From positions 93,101,569 to 93,165,568 of the forward strand of contig NC_057718.1 of the NCBI RefSeq assembly GCF_004010195.1: DNA of 64,000 nt. The letters run 5' to 3'. The DNA comes from Chiloscyllium plagiosum. Lineage: Eukaryota. The translations under genes and the position numbers were made by a program. The notes beneath the pieces were generated by a model. It saw only the letters and a program-made list of their open reading frames with translations, had not been told where the DNA came from and did not search any database. Below are positions 12,147-24,675 of this stretch, piece after piece (the first letter of the stretch is position 1; each line of letters opens with the position of its first letter).

Positions 12147-14349
12147 ACACCTGTCCATTCCTATGATGAATGAATGATTGATAATTCTGTTGTAATTTAA
12201 AATCTTTACCATTGAATGTTGCTAGGTCATTCAATATTGGTGCAAGCAAAATAAATAAGTAACTGGAAAGAATGAAAACGAGCAAAAGAGTGAAAGGAAG
12301 ATTTTGCATTTAGATAGCATCTTTCATGACTTCAGGGTGTCCTGAAGTGCTTGACAGCTAATTAGTTACGTTTGAAGTGCTGTACTAGATGTAATATAGG
12401 AAAGCCACTGGGTGTTTTCAGGATGCATTCATGCATCTGATCACTGCTTGTTTTCCCCACCTCCTTTCCCAGAGACTGTGGATGCCAATTGCAATATTCA
12501 TTAGACCACATCAGCTGAAAATATTTAATTTTAGCACAGTGGAGGGATTGACATTGGAACGTACTTTATCTGTATGATTCATGCTCAGGAAAAAACTGAA
12601 CAGTGAGTCATATCCTCACTGAGTCAGTGAGGGGGCTTCCTCCTGTGTTTTTTTAGCAAAATATTGTCATTGAAAACTGCTTCGTGTTGAGCGACATTGT
12701 CATAAATTGCCACAAAAAACGTGATTGATTGTGGACATGGATTTGCCTCAGACTAAACTACTTTCTCCAGTGTTGTGTTTGGTTTGAGAAAATGTGAAAT
12801 GTTAGGAGGAATTTTTCACATTCATTGTGCCAACTTCTTCCCCATCGTGTCTTCAGCTCATTTTGCAAACCAAAGACCTAACAGGACTGTTTCATTTTGG
12901 ATCAACACTATAATGTTTTCTGCGACCACCATTTGTGCAGATTTTAAACTATTTTGCAGCAACTGTTTCCTATGCCAAATGATCTTGGTGAGGAATTTGA
13001 GTGGTAGGCTGCAAAATGCCTAATAGCATTCATTCATCCATCCACAGACAGCAATGCTGGAGTAACTTGATATACAACAAATATCGCACTTTGAATGAAT
13101 GCAGTCCATCATTAATGGAGCTTCTCGGCCATTGACAGCAAACTAGCGTTAAAGGATTGCAAAGTAAACACGATGGAAAACATGTAACAGTATAACTAGG
13201 TGTGTCCAGACGTTATGTTTCTCTCTGTGCTCCATCAATGTTTTTCTGTTCCCCTTTCTCCAAAAGAAGGCAAGAGGGAGGAAAGAACTAGGCACAGATA
13301 GAAAATAATAATGGTAAGTCACACTTTCCTCCCTGGTGTTTAATGCTAATCATGTTGTATTCCCTCAAATGAGTGTGTTCAGTTGTACCCTTTCATTCTA
13401 TGCAAAACAGCATGGCATAGAAGATGTAGAACTTAAAAAGTTAAATTAAAACTAAAGTCCCTGATGAGTTCCTTCACTTGATTCTCAAGCCCAAATTGCA
13501 CATTATTAAATCTTTGTAACAGTCATCTCCTTGCACTGCCAAAATTAGAAGGTCGAACTTATCATTGACTTTAAAATCTTGTTCTTGTTTGTATCTCCAG
13601 GTGATTAATGCTGAAACACCTTTGATTAAATATACATGGCTTGCGGTTCCTGTGAAAAAAAGGTCCATTTAATGTTACATAAAACTTCCAAGTGACTGGT
13701 AAAATAACAAGTGCCAATTGAGCTTCAGGGACCAATTCAGTTTTGAAGGAAAATAACTTTGCACAATCTTCAAGCGTTTCTCAAACTTCACGGGTTTTCA
13801 GGTCAAAACTGCAGAGCCAAAGCAAAAAAGGAACAGAAATAAAAGATATTCGGTTAGGAAGGAATTGATTTCGTTTTGACAAACGGCCATTGTGATGAAA
13901 AATTAAGGCCAGTAGGGTAAAATGGTAACTGCATTAACAAGGGCTCAGAGTGACATAGAGTATAAGCACTTAAATAAATGAAACATCAAGCTAAATATTT
14001 CACAATGGAATGATGGCTTAATGAAATTTAAATTGAATTGACCTTTAGCAAAGATGATGTGTAACCATAATCATGGGATGGGCATGGCATAGGGAGAAGG
14101 AGGAAACATTGCTTTTCACTGACCTGTGATAGGGATCAATTGGCACAGTTTGAAAAGCTTAAGACTGTTTAACATTTGAGGTTGTCTAGAGTGCTGGCTC
14201 TGCAATTACTGCATTTTTTCAAGCGGCTTCCTTTTTCACTTTGCTAGCTTCTTAAAATGTGACTTTTCTTTTCAGTTTTCTCTACTTTATTCTTAACTTG
14301 GATTCCAGATATCATTTTCCTTTATCTCCCATGTGCTTGCTGAAGTTCC

Positions 14350-15249
14350 ATAGAACATAGAACATAGAAAAAATACAGCGCAGTACAGGCCCTTTGGCCC
14401 TCGATGTTGCGCCGATCCAAGCCCACCTAACCTACACTAGCCCACTATCCTCCATATGCCTATCTAATGCTCGTTTAAATGTCCATTAAGAGGGAGAGTC
14501 TACCACTGCTACTGGCAGGGCATTCCATGAACTCACGACTCGCTGAGTAAAGAATCTACCCCTAACATCTGTCTTATACCCACCACCCCTTAATTTAAAG
14601 CTATGCCCCCTCGTAATAGCTGACTCCATACGTGGAAAAAGGTTCTCATGGTCAACCCTATCTAAACCCCGAATCATCTTGTACACCTCTATCAAGTCAC
14701 CCCGAAACCTTCTTTTCTCCAATGAAAACAGCCCCAAGTGCCTCAGCCTTTCCTCATACGATCTTCCTACCATACCAGACAACATCCTGGTAAACCTCCT
14801 CTGCACCCATTCCAGTGCCTCCACATCCTACCTATAGTATGGCGACCAAAATTGCACACAATACTCCAGATGCGGCCGCACCAGAATCTTATACAACTGC
14901 AACATGACCTCAGTACTCCAGAACTCAATTCCTCTACCAATAAAAGCCAGTACGCCATATGCCTTCTTCACCGCACTACTTACCTGNNNNNNNNNNNNNN
15001 NNNNNNNNNTTTTGTATCATCCGCAAACTTGCTCACCCAACCTTCTAGCCCCTCCTCCAGGTCATTTATAAAAATGACAAACAGCAATGGTCCCAAAACA
15101 GATCCTTGCGGAACACCACTAGGAACTGCACTCCAAGATGAACCTTTACCATCAACTACTACCCTCTGTCTTCTTCCAGCCAGACAATTCCTAATCCAAA
15201 CCTCCAACTCACCCTCAATGCCATACCTCCGTATTTTTTGCAGTAGCCT
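14350..15249 (-). mobile_element. Young CR1-type LINE 3' portion (23-N gap at 14987-15009)
   Basis: (catagaa)n tail; [13 protein letters not shown] and SKFADDTK (ORF 14980); RFRGDLIEVYKM (ORF 14486). Confidence 0.93.
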
Positions 15250-16461
15250 AAGGCTTGATTGGCTTGATTTCAGTCTGACTTTACTCTTAATTGAAGTGTT
15301 TCTTCACAAAACATTTTTTTCCTTTCTCTGTACCTTCACTTGTTGCATTGTTTCAATGTGGAGCCCAGGTTAGGTCGACTGCCCCTGCCTAATCTTTGAG
15401 ATATTCTGAGTTAAAGCAGTGGAGCAGAATTTTCACCCTCAATTGCAGGTTCTTACTCCCCAACGTTCATAGCATGCAGAAATCTATGGTGTTGAAATGC
15501 AGGATTCTTTTGAAAAACCAATTGACCTTCCAGCTGAGCTGCACAGGAACCTAGATGGAAAGACAATGGATCTGCTGCTTGAAGAATGGCAGTTTTAATG
15601 GCTTCCTGACAGATTTTCAGTAGGTGCCACCTCACTGATATGCTGCACCCTTCAACCCTATGACCATCCCCAACCCCAACTCCAACCTGAAACTTACCCC
15701 TAACCCCTCCTCAGATTTAGGGGTAGAATCTCTATTATATCTGCATGAGTGGAAGAAGGGTCTACTCTACCATTCATTATGCTAGCTGTCTACAGGAACT
15801 GTGTAGTGTGCAAATCAGTTGGTATTTGTTAGAAAAAGCCAGTCACCTTCATTAAAAGGTGTTCGCTGTGACAGCTTTTCATCAAATATTTACTCCATCT
15901 GCTTTCTCTGTCGCCCTGTCAAACTCAACACCAGCCAATCGTGGAATTCATCGAGAGTATCAGGGAGACTTAACAATATTTCCACCACTTTCAGTTTGTT
16001 TGTCTTTCAAGCAGCAGCACTATTGAAGCACTTTATTTTTTGGCGTGGAGTCAACCCTCGGTCTAATTTTGCCCCAGTGTGCAAAGATTTGTCACACACT
16101 GTTGGAGTTGTAAAGAGCACTTTGTGAGGTGGCATTGTTCTTGGCGTAAGGGCACAGTGCTTTACCTGAGAGGTCACTTTTCTATCTTTTGCAAGGAGGC
16201 GGGAAATCACAGGTTTATCTGGCATGCTTATTGAAAACTCCTAAAACATGTGTACAACTGCGTGCCTAATCTGAGACGTCCTGTGAGGATCTTGTTTAAT
16301 ATCCTAAACAGTCACCTAACTCCTATAGAAGGTACATAGTGAATCAAATCTGCACATTATTCTATTGGACTGGATAGGTTTTCCAATAGTTGTTACTCTA
16401 AATTCTGTTTCTTTGGTTCATGTTTCAACTGTAATGTTTAAATAAATTGTGTTTTGCTTAA

Positions 16462-16982
16462 AGCCAAGTGGTCGCAGGTAGATAGGATAGTGAAGAAGGC
16501 GTTTGGTATGCTTTCCTTTATTGGTCAGAGTATTGAGTACAGGAGTTGGGACATCATGTTGCAGCTGTACAGGTCATTGGTTAGGCCACTGTTGGAATAT
16601 TGTGTGCAATTCTGGTCTTCTTCCTATGTGAAACTTGAAAGGGTTCAGAAAAGATTTACAAGGATGTTGCCAGGGTTGGAGGATTTGAGCTACAGGGAGA
16701 GGCTGAACAGGCTGGGGCCGTTTTCCCTGGAGCATCAGAGGCTGAGGGGTAACCTTATAGAGGTATACAAAATTATGAGGGGCATGGATAGGATAAATAG
16801 GCAAAGTCTTTTTCCTGAGGTCGGGGAGTCCAGAACTAGAGGGCATAGGTTTAGGGTGAGAGGGGAAAGATATAAAAGAGACCTAAGGGGCAACTTTTTC
16901 ACACAGGGGGTGGTATGTGTATGGAATGAGCTGCCAGAGGATGTGGTGGAGGCTGGTACAATTGCAACATTTAAGAGGCATT
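16462..16982 (+). mobile_element. CR1 fragment lacking its 3' tail
   Basis: ORF 16454-17008 LVRPLLEYCVQFWS...ATFKRH stops abruptly at the duplicated segment. Confidence 0.9.
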
Positions 16983-17753
16983 CCTCACTTTCTCCGTTTC
17001 AAACATAAGCCCTTCATCAGGAACATTCTTTGACTCTGCCTCAAATATCAGTATATTGTTCCTTAAATAATGGGCCCCAAACTGTTCACAGTATTCCAGC
17101 TGTGATCTAAGTAATGCATTGCACTGTTTTAGTTAGACCTCCCTATTTCTTTAATCCATTCACCTTTGAAATAAAATGTAACATTCCATTTGCCTTCCCT
17201 TTTACTTGCTGAGCTTGTACACTAGTTGTTTTTTTCTGATTTATGCACTAGCACTCCAGTTTCACTGAGGGTCAACATCCTCAATAAGATACACTTGGGA
17301 CACATAGGAATCAATAAGTGCGGAGCCAGGGCTCTACCATCAGTGTGGTGGGGCTGGGATCTCCAAGAAGATTGAAGACATCATAGTGGTTGCACTATTC
17401 ACAGGCCTGAACAAGCAGAGCCACTGATCCCTAATATCTTCCCCATCAGACCAGGGGAACGTGAGAGAACTGACCTTTTTATGTTTGTCAGGTATTCTTA
17501 CCGTATTATAAAACTAAGGATTGAGGATGCTGGAAATCTGAAACAAATAAAGTTTCTGTAGACATGCAGCAGGTCTGACAGCATGTGCGTATAGAATACA
17601 AACTAAATGTTTCTTGTCTGTGACCCTTCCTCAGAACTAGAACCAGCTGGGAAAAAGCAGTACTGAAGCTGATGTCGGGGGTGGGGAATTGGGGGAGCCA
17701 TGTGAGCAATAGGTGGAGAGAGTCCTGTCACGAAATTGGTTGCTTTCAGTATA
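16982..17753 (+). repeat. 772-bp inverted duplication, copy 1 (partner 34978-35749)
   Basis: Base-by-base reverse complement of 34978-35749, about 6 substitutions and no indels by manual comparison. Confidence 0.95.
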
Positions 17754-17848
17754 TAGGAGAAAGTGAGGACTGCAGATGCTGGAGATCAGAGCTGAAAATG
17801 TGTTGCTGGAAAAGCGCAGCAGGTCAGGCAGCATCCAAGGAGCAGGAG

Positions 17849-17884
17849 AATCAACGTTTCGGGCACAAGCCCTTCTTCAGGCTT
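17849..17884 (-). ncRNA. Minimal hammerhead ribozyme motif (family A)
   Basis: CUGAAGA-A-GGGC-UUGU-GCCC-GAAA-CG-UU on the minus strand. Confidence 0.7.
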
Positions 17885-17982
17885 CTGATCTGCAGTCCTC
17901 ACTTTCTCCTCGAAGATTTTAACCTACTGCGAATCCTCTTGCAAGGATGCCTTCCTTGAAGAAGCTCTCTTCCTCCCTCTAC

Positions 17983-18018
17983 ATTCCTGAAGAAGGGCTT
18001 GTGCCCGAAACGTCGATT
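17983..18018 (+). ncRNA. Minimal hammerhead ribozyme motif (family A)
   Basis: AUUC-CUGAAGA-A-GGGC-UUGU-GCCC-GAAA-CG-UC-GAUU; complete core, predicted cleavage after 18014. Confidence 0.75.
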
Positions 18019-18404
18019 CTCCTGCTCCTTGGATGCTGCCTGACCTGCTGCACTTTCACAGCAAGAAAAGGTTAGGGTCTAAGCTACCTTCTCAAAATAT
18101 TTTGAAGTGGGGTCTGGCCTGGTTCATGATGCTTGTCTGCTTATTCTGCTGTTGAAACAATGGCAAAGTTCATAGATTCGTGAGGACTGATGTATTTTGG
18201 CTGATCGTTGAACCAAAGCTAAATGCATCACAACTCACTGGATGGGAATTCTATTGGACATTAAAACTCAGCTGGGCATGAAATTAACATTGAACCCAAA
18301 CTCAGTAGTTTCTTGAAAGGCTGGGATAAGTTAAAATTTGCCCCACTCTTTCCACTTGCATTATCCACGAAGCTGCTTAGCTTTGTGACATCAATTGAAA
18401 TGAG

Positions 18405-18590
18405 GGTCGGTTAGTTCAGTTGCCAACAGTGACGGTTTAATTCTTGCACTGGCTGAGGTTACAGTGTAGGTCACACCTTTCAACCTCCCCTGAGATGTAG
18501 TGACTCTCAGGTTAAACTGCCACCACTCGTCTCTCTCCATGAAGGAGTGACCCTATAATGCTTTGGAGGCTACGATGACTTTAGACTTAA
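18405..18590 (+). mobile_element. tRNA-derived SINE (family not assigned)
   Basis: ggtcggttagttcagttg head and gtgactctcaggttaaac body, shared with 19038 and 9005. Confidence 0.6.
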
Positions 18591-19037
18591 AACATACGCC
18601 ATATGGTAGTCGGAATAAATGAGGAAAAAACTCGTGAAAGTCCGGTGACAATGAATTGACAACCCATTTGACTGTAACTTCCAGGGACTGGAGGAGAGGG
18701 AGAAATCCATCACATGCATTTTACCGAAAATCAATTTCAACCCTGTCACTTATTTCTTCCCCATGCTACTCCTTCAAGCTGATAATGTATGAGTTTTGTT
18801 CTATACTGAAAAAAAAACATTCATTCAGATTTGGTAAGTTAAGGGGAATTGCATTTTGCAACATACAAGTGTGCAACAATTTCATAAATACATTTATTTT
18901 AAATACTTGTTTCTAATTATGCCTATGTTATGAATTGTGGTTACTTGTTTAATTTGTATCACCAACTCAAGTCTGCACCTACTGCCATAATAAGTTTTCA
19001 GTAGCTTGTCATCTACCGACCTGGGACTTGTTTAGGC

Positions 19038-19240
19038 ATTGGTTAGTTCAGTTAACTGGGTAGCTGGTTTACAATGCAGAGTAGTGCCAGCAGTGCAGGT
19101 TCAATTCCCACACTGACTAAGCTTACAATGCCTTCTTAATCTAACCCCTCACTTGAGGTGTGATGACCCTCTGGTTAAATGCACCACCAGTTGTCTCTAC
19201 TAAGAAAGCAGTCAACTGCGACTATGATGACGTTACCTTA
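19038..19240 (+). mobile_element. tRNA-derived SINE (same family)
   Basis: A-box-like ggttagttcagttaactgg and B-box-like ggttcaattcc, plus the shared body. Confidence 0.65.
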
Positions 19241-21202
19241 ATGCAAGCATATTTCTTTGCAATCTGCAACAGCCTGTCAGGGAACAAGATCACTGGAAAT
19301 GTGTACGAACCAGTTGACTAATAGCTTGTAGAGGGAAGTGTTGCCAAGCTGATGGAGATTGTAGGTTAAATTTTATCTTTAGTTGAAAATAAGTATATTC
19401 TGTGTTTCCTTTTATGTGAGGGTAACATCTCAAGTTGTTTCAAATAAAGAAGACAAGATGGCAGCAATGTTAGGAGAATGAAAATGAGAAACCATGTGCA
19501 GATTTGGCAGAATAAGCAGGACAATGTTATTTCTTAAAATCCATTTCCCCCAACAATGTTAGTGAGTGGATAAGTGCCCTGAATTGGAAAGCCGTGCTGT
19601 ACTTATGTCAATCATAAAAGTAGAAGAGAAGGCAATAAATGTTGCAAAATTTGCCTTAGCTTGCACAATATTACCACTAAACTGACTTGCACAGATAACC
19701 TGACCCTCACCTGTATAACGATGGGCCAAAGGTCAGCATCTTAGCATAAATAGAACACGCTAAGCTTCTGGGTCTATCTACAATGTAACGTGTTCTTAAT
19801 CAGGAAACGTGTGAATCTATCCAATACTGACTGGGACATTCAATTAAAATTAAGCCATTTCTACAGAGTGCATCAATCAGTGGAAGGTGAACTAAGCTCT
19901 TACTGTCTTGGGAACTTTGGAAGATGGAATGCTTGATTAGTGAGGGGTGTGTGCATGACAAATGGATCCTGACAAATTGTCTGACTTCCGGAAGAAGCTC
20001 TCTATTCTGAGTTTCCTCACAGGAAATGGGTTACCATGAGGGCAGAGGGAAAGCTTCAAGCATGTCCTCAAAGCCTCCACGGTTCATGGGAACTTCTTGC
20101 CCAAAGCCACCCAAACCAGAGAAGAAACATCTGCGATGGTGCTAACTATTTCAAGCTCCTCATACAGGCCACAGCAGAAGCCAAGCACAAACTACGGAAA
20201 GAACACGCAAAAACCTGAACATCCCACCCACCTGCCCTGGCAGACATGACCTGCCTCACCCATGGCAGGAGGTTAGGGATCCAGCCTTAGACTGCTTAGT
20301 CAACTCACTACCCATAGTCCCAAGAGGAAATAAAGTCATCCTTAATCCTGAGGGACCAGCTCCAGAAGAAACACAAATGGATCGATCTTGTTGAACTGTT
20401 GACATTGTCTAGTGAGTGGCTGTAAGGTAAAAATCACTGCTATTTTGAAACTAAAACTACAAAGGCGAATTTTCTCGTGAGGTTCTCCTGCTAACATTTT
20501 GTAGCTTCAGTAGCAACATCATCCATTCATGAAAACAGAGCTTCCGTCAGGTTTCCGTTGAGGTTACAGCAGCACAGTCCAAGAAGCCTTAAGGAAGATT
20601 ATTTCGCACCACATGAAAAGTTCTCCTTCACCATTATCATCAATGCAACATGTGGGTAACTGGAAATCTGATGGTAGAGTGGAACAAGGACATCTGCTAT
20701 TACTTGGTAGAGTAGGATAATTAATCTCAGATCACTCTTGGAACTGAACTCTTTGCAAACCTTCTTTCCTACCATCTTATAACTGTACTGCATGAGTCAC
20801 AAAACCGTTTGGAAGAGAGGTTGGGTTCACAGTATGGTATTAGTTAGCTGATCTCAACTTGCCAATGATTTTGGTGATGCAATTGGCATCCACACTTTTT
20901 GGGCGGGTTAGGGGGAAAAAAATCAGCTGGAGTTCCATAATTGGACTACAATGGAAGTCTGAAGTTGAATGTGAGTATTTGTGGTCACTGAAATGAAGCT
21001 GAGGACAGGCTTAACTATAATGTTGCATGCTACAAAAATTGCTTTCATTCAAAAGTACATAATTGGCTGTAACACAGCCAATGAAAAGTGCTACATGAAT
21101 TCTAGTCTTTCTTTTCAATGTCAGCTAGCTAGTCACAAGTATCCAAACTCTCAGAAACAGGTCAGTTGAAGTGTTAGAGGGATGTAGGTACCTGCAGGTA
21201 AG

Positions 21203-21540
21203 ACGATAAGACCATAAGATATCGGAGCAGAAATTAGGCCATTCAGCCCATTGAGTTTCCTCCATCATTCAATCATGGCTGATAAGTTTCTCAACCCCAT
21301 TCTCCTGCTTTCTTCCCATAACCCTTGGTCCCTTTGATACTCAAGAACCTAGCTATCACCGTCTTAAATATCCTCAATGACCTGCCCTTACAGCCTTCTG
21401 TGGTAATGAATTCCATAGATTCACCACTCTCTGGCTGAAGACATTTCTCCTTACCTCCGTTCTAAACAGTCTTCCCTTTACTCTGAGACGATGCCCTTGG
21501 GTCCTAGTCTCTCCTACCAATGGAAACATCTTCCCAAGAC
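21203..21540 (-). mobile_element. CR1 3'-end fragment
   Basis: (gaccataa)n tail and ggagcagaaattaggccattcagccc. Confidence 0.8.
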
Positions 21541-21595
21541 TTGACACCTTCAGAGGGTGAGGAGGTGAAGGAGGGATGGGGAGGTACTCCTGCTA

Positions 21596-22045
21596 CAGTC
21601 ATAGTCATAGAGTTATGCAGCACGGTTAACAGACCCTTCGGACCAAATTGTCCATGCCAGTCAGATACCTAAACTAATGTAGTCCCATTTTCCGGCATTA
21701 GGCCCATATCCCTTTAAACCCTTCCTGTTCATATATCCATCCAGGTGCCTTTTGAATGTTGTAGTTGTACCAGCCCTCCACTACTTCCTCTGGCAGCCTC
21801 TTCCATACACGCACGAAAAGGTTGCCCATTAGGTCCCTTTTTTCACCTTTCCCCTCTTGTCTTAAACCTATACCCTCTTGTCTTAAACCTATACCCTCTA
21901 GTTTTGGACTCCCCTACCCTGAGGAAAAGACCTTGCCCGATTCACCCTCTCCATCTCCCTCGTGATTTTATCAACCTCTATATGGTCACGCCTCAGCTTC
22001 CAATGCTCCAGGGAACATTAGGCCTGAACCTATTCAGCCTCTATG
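21596..22045 (-). mobile_element. CR1 3'-end fragment with 21-bp tandem duplication
   Basis: CR1 tail; ccctcttgtcttaaacctata occurs twice at ~21852-21893. Confidence 0.85.
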
Positions 22046-22123
22046 TCATGTTAACCCAACAGGGGCCATCGTAGCTGTGGGCTTCAGGAATCTGTTCAGT
22101 CACTGGTTGTTGCAATATTGACA

Positions 22124-22460
22124 TATAGAGTCATAGAGATGTACAGCATGGAAACAGGCCCTTCGGTCCAACCCGTCCATGCCGACCAGATATCCCAACC
22201 CAATCTAGTCCCACCTGCCAGCACCCGGCCCATATCCCTCCAAACCCTTCTTATTCATATACCCATCCAAATGCCTCTTAAATGCTACAATTGTACCAAC
22301 CTCACCACATCCTCTGGCAGCTCATTCCATACATGTACCACCCTCTGCGTGAAAAAGGTGTCCCTTAGGTCTCTTTTATATCTTTCCCCTCTCACCCTAA
22401 ACCTATGCCCTCTAGTTCTGGACTCCCCGACCCCAGGGAAAAGACTTTGTCTATTTATGC
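22124..22460 (-). mobile_element. CR1 3'-end fragment
   Basis: agagtcatagagatgtacagcatggaaacaggcccttcgg. Confidence 0.9.
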
Positions 22461-22587
22461 TACTTCTTTGAGATACTTTGCTGGATTGAGGAATAAATTA
22501 TAAAGTCAGATTTTTTTAAAATTTGGAATTTTGATTCCTTACCTGCTGTGAATGGGATATGTATTAAAGCATGAGGTGTGTTGGGGA

Positions 22588-24675
22588 AATGCACCAAAAT
22601 GCAGCTCCTCACATTTATCTGAATTAAACTCCATCTGCCACTTCTTAGCCCATTGGCCCATCTGGTCAAGATCCTGTTGTAATCTGAGGTAACCCTCTTC
22701 GCTGTCCACTACACCTCCAATTTTGGTGTAATCTGCAAACTTACTAACTTTACCTCTTATGCTCGCATCCAAATCATTTATGTAAATGACAAAAAGTAGA
22801 GGGCCCAGCATCGATCCTTGTGGCACTCCACTGGTCACAGGCCTCCAGTCTGAAAAACAACCCTCCACCACCACTCCCTGTCTTCTACCTTTGAGCCAGT
22901 TCTGCATCCAAATGGCTAGTTCTCCCTGTATTCCATGAGGTCCAACCTTGCTAAACAGCCTCCCATGGGGAACCTTGTCAAACGCCTTACTGAAGTCCAT
23001 GTAGATCACATGTATTGCTCTGCCCTCATCAATCTTCTTTGTTACTTCTTCAAAAAACTCAATCAAGTTTGTGAGACATGATTTCCCATGCACAAAGCCA
23101 TGTTGGCTATCCTGAATCAGTCCTTGCCTTTCCAAATACATGTACATCCTGTCCCTTAGGATTCCCTCCAACAACTTGCCCACCACCGACACCAGGCTCA
23201 CTGGTCTATAGTTCCCTGGCTTGTCTTTACCGCCCTTCTTAAACAATGGCACCACGTTTGCCAACCTCCAGTCTTCCGGCACTTCACCTGTGACTATCGA
23301 TGATACAAAGATCTCAGCGAGAGGCCCAGCAATCACTTCTCTAGCTTCCCACAGAGTTCTCAGGTCAGGTCCTGGGGATTTATCCACCTTTACCCATTTC
23401 AAGACATCCAGCACTTCCTCCTCTGTAATTGGACATTTTGCAAGATGTCACCATCTATTTCCCTCCAGTCTATGTCTTCCATATCCTTTTCCATAGTAAA
23501 TACTGATTCAAAATATTCATTTAGTATCTTCCCCATTTTCTGTGGCTCCACACAAAGGTCGCCTTGCTGATCTTTGAGGGGCCCTATTCTCTCCCTAGTT
23601 ACCTTTTTGTCCGTAATATATTTGTAAAAACCCTTTGGATTCTACTTAATTATATTTGTCAAAGCTATCTCATGTCCCCATTTTGCCCTCCTGATTTCAC
23701 TCTTTAGTATACTCCTACTTTCTTTATATAATCTTCTCAGGATTCACTTGATCTATCCTGTCTAAACCTGACATATCTTCCTTCTTTTTCTTAACCAAAC
23801 CCTCAATTTCTTTAGTCTTCCAGCATTCCCTATACCTACCAGCCTTCCCTTTCACCCTGACAGGAATGTACTTTCTCTGGATTCTTGTTATTTCATTTCT
23901 GAAGGCCTCCCATTTTCCAGCCGTCCCTTTACCTGCGAATATCTGCCTCCAATCAGCTTTCAAAAGTTCTTGCCTAATAACGTCAAAATTAGCCTTTTTC
24001 CAAGTTAGAACTTCAACTTTTAGATCTGGTCTATCCTTTTCCATCACTATTTTAACACGAATAGAATTATGGTCGCTGGCCCCAAAGTGCTCCCCCACTG
24101 ACACCTCAGTCACCTACTCTGCCTTATTTCCCAAGTGTAGGTCAAGTTTTGCACCTTCTCTAGTAGGTATATCCACATACTGAATCAGAAAATTGTCTTG
24201 TACACACTTAAGGAATACCTCTCCATCTAAACCTTTAACACTATGGCAGTCCCACTCGATGTTTGGAAAGTTAAAATCCCCTACCATAACTACCCTATTA
24301 TTCTTACAGATAGCTGAGGTCTCCTTACAAGTTTGTTTCTCAATTTCCCTCTGACTATTTGGGGGGGGTCTATAATACAATCGCAATAAGGTGATCATCC
24401 CTTTCTTATTTCTCAGTTCCACCCAAATAACTTCCCTGGATGTATTTCCAGGAATATCCTCCCTCAGCACAGCTGTAATGCTACTCCCCCTCCTCTCTTG
24501 CCTCCCTTTCTATCCTTTCTGTAGCATTTGTATCCTGGAACATTAAGCTGCCAGTCCTGCCCATCCCTGAGCCATGTTTCTGTAATTGCTATGATCCTAA
24601 CCATGCCCTGAGTTCATCTGCCTTCCCTGTTAGGCCCCTTGCATTGAAATAAATGCAGTTTAATTTATTAGTCCT
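22588..24675 (-). mobile_element. Long CR1 ORF2 remnant (APE endonuclease and RT)
   Basis: VVMVGDFNFPNIEW (ORF 24114), SDHNSI (ORF 23724); 291-aa ORF 22539-23414 with [28 protein letters not shown] and FADYTK. Confidence 0.95.

Larger units (their letters stand above)
17756..18063. mobile_element. Family A PLE-derived element with two opposed hammerheads
   Basis: Starts ggagaaagtgaggactgcagatgctggag; inverted arms; internal second terminus ctgcagtcctcactttctcc followed by an ATG at 17947 (MPSLKKLSSSLY). Confidence 0.85.

Noticed and set aside
18779..18839. Candidate host exon (ttcaag|...ttg|gtaagt); similar donors near 13314, 21198 and 50158
   Set aside because: Short, no recognisable protein and no consistent multi-exon frame; such sites arise by chance in 64 kb.
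22539..23414. 291-aa RT ORF as a functional or domesticated gene
   Set aside because: Fragment of a broken CR1 ORF2; the catalytic FADD reads FADY and the C-terminus runs into filler.
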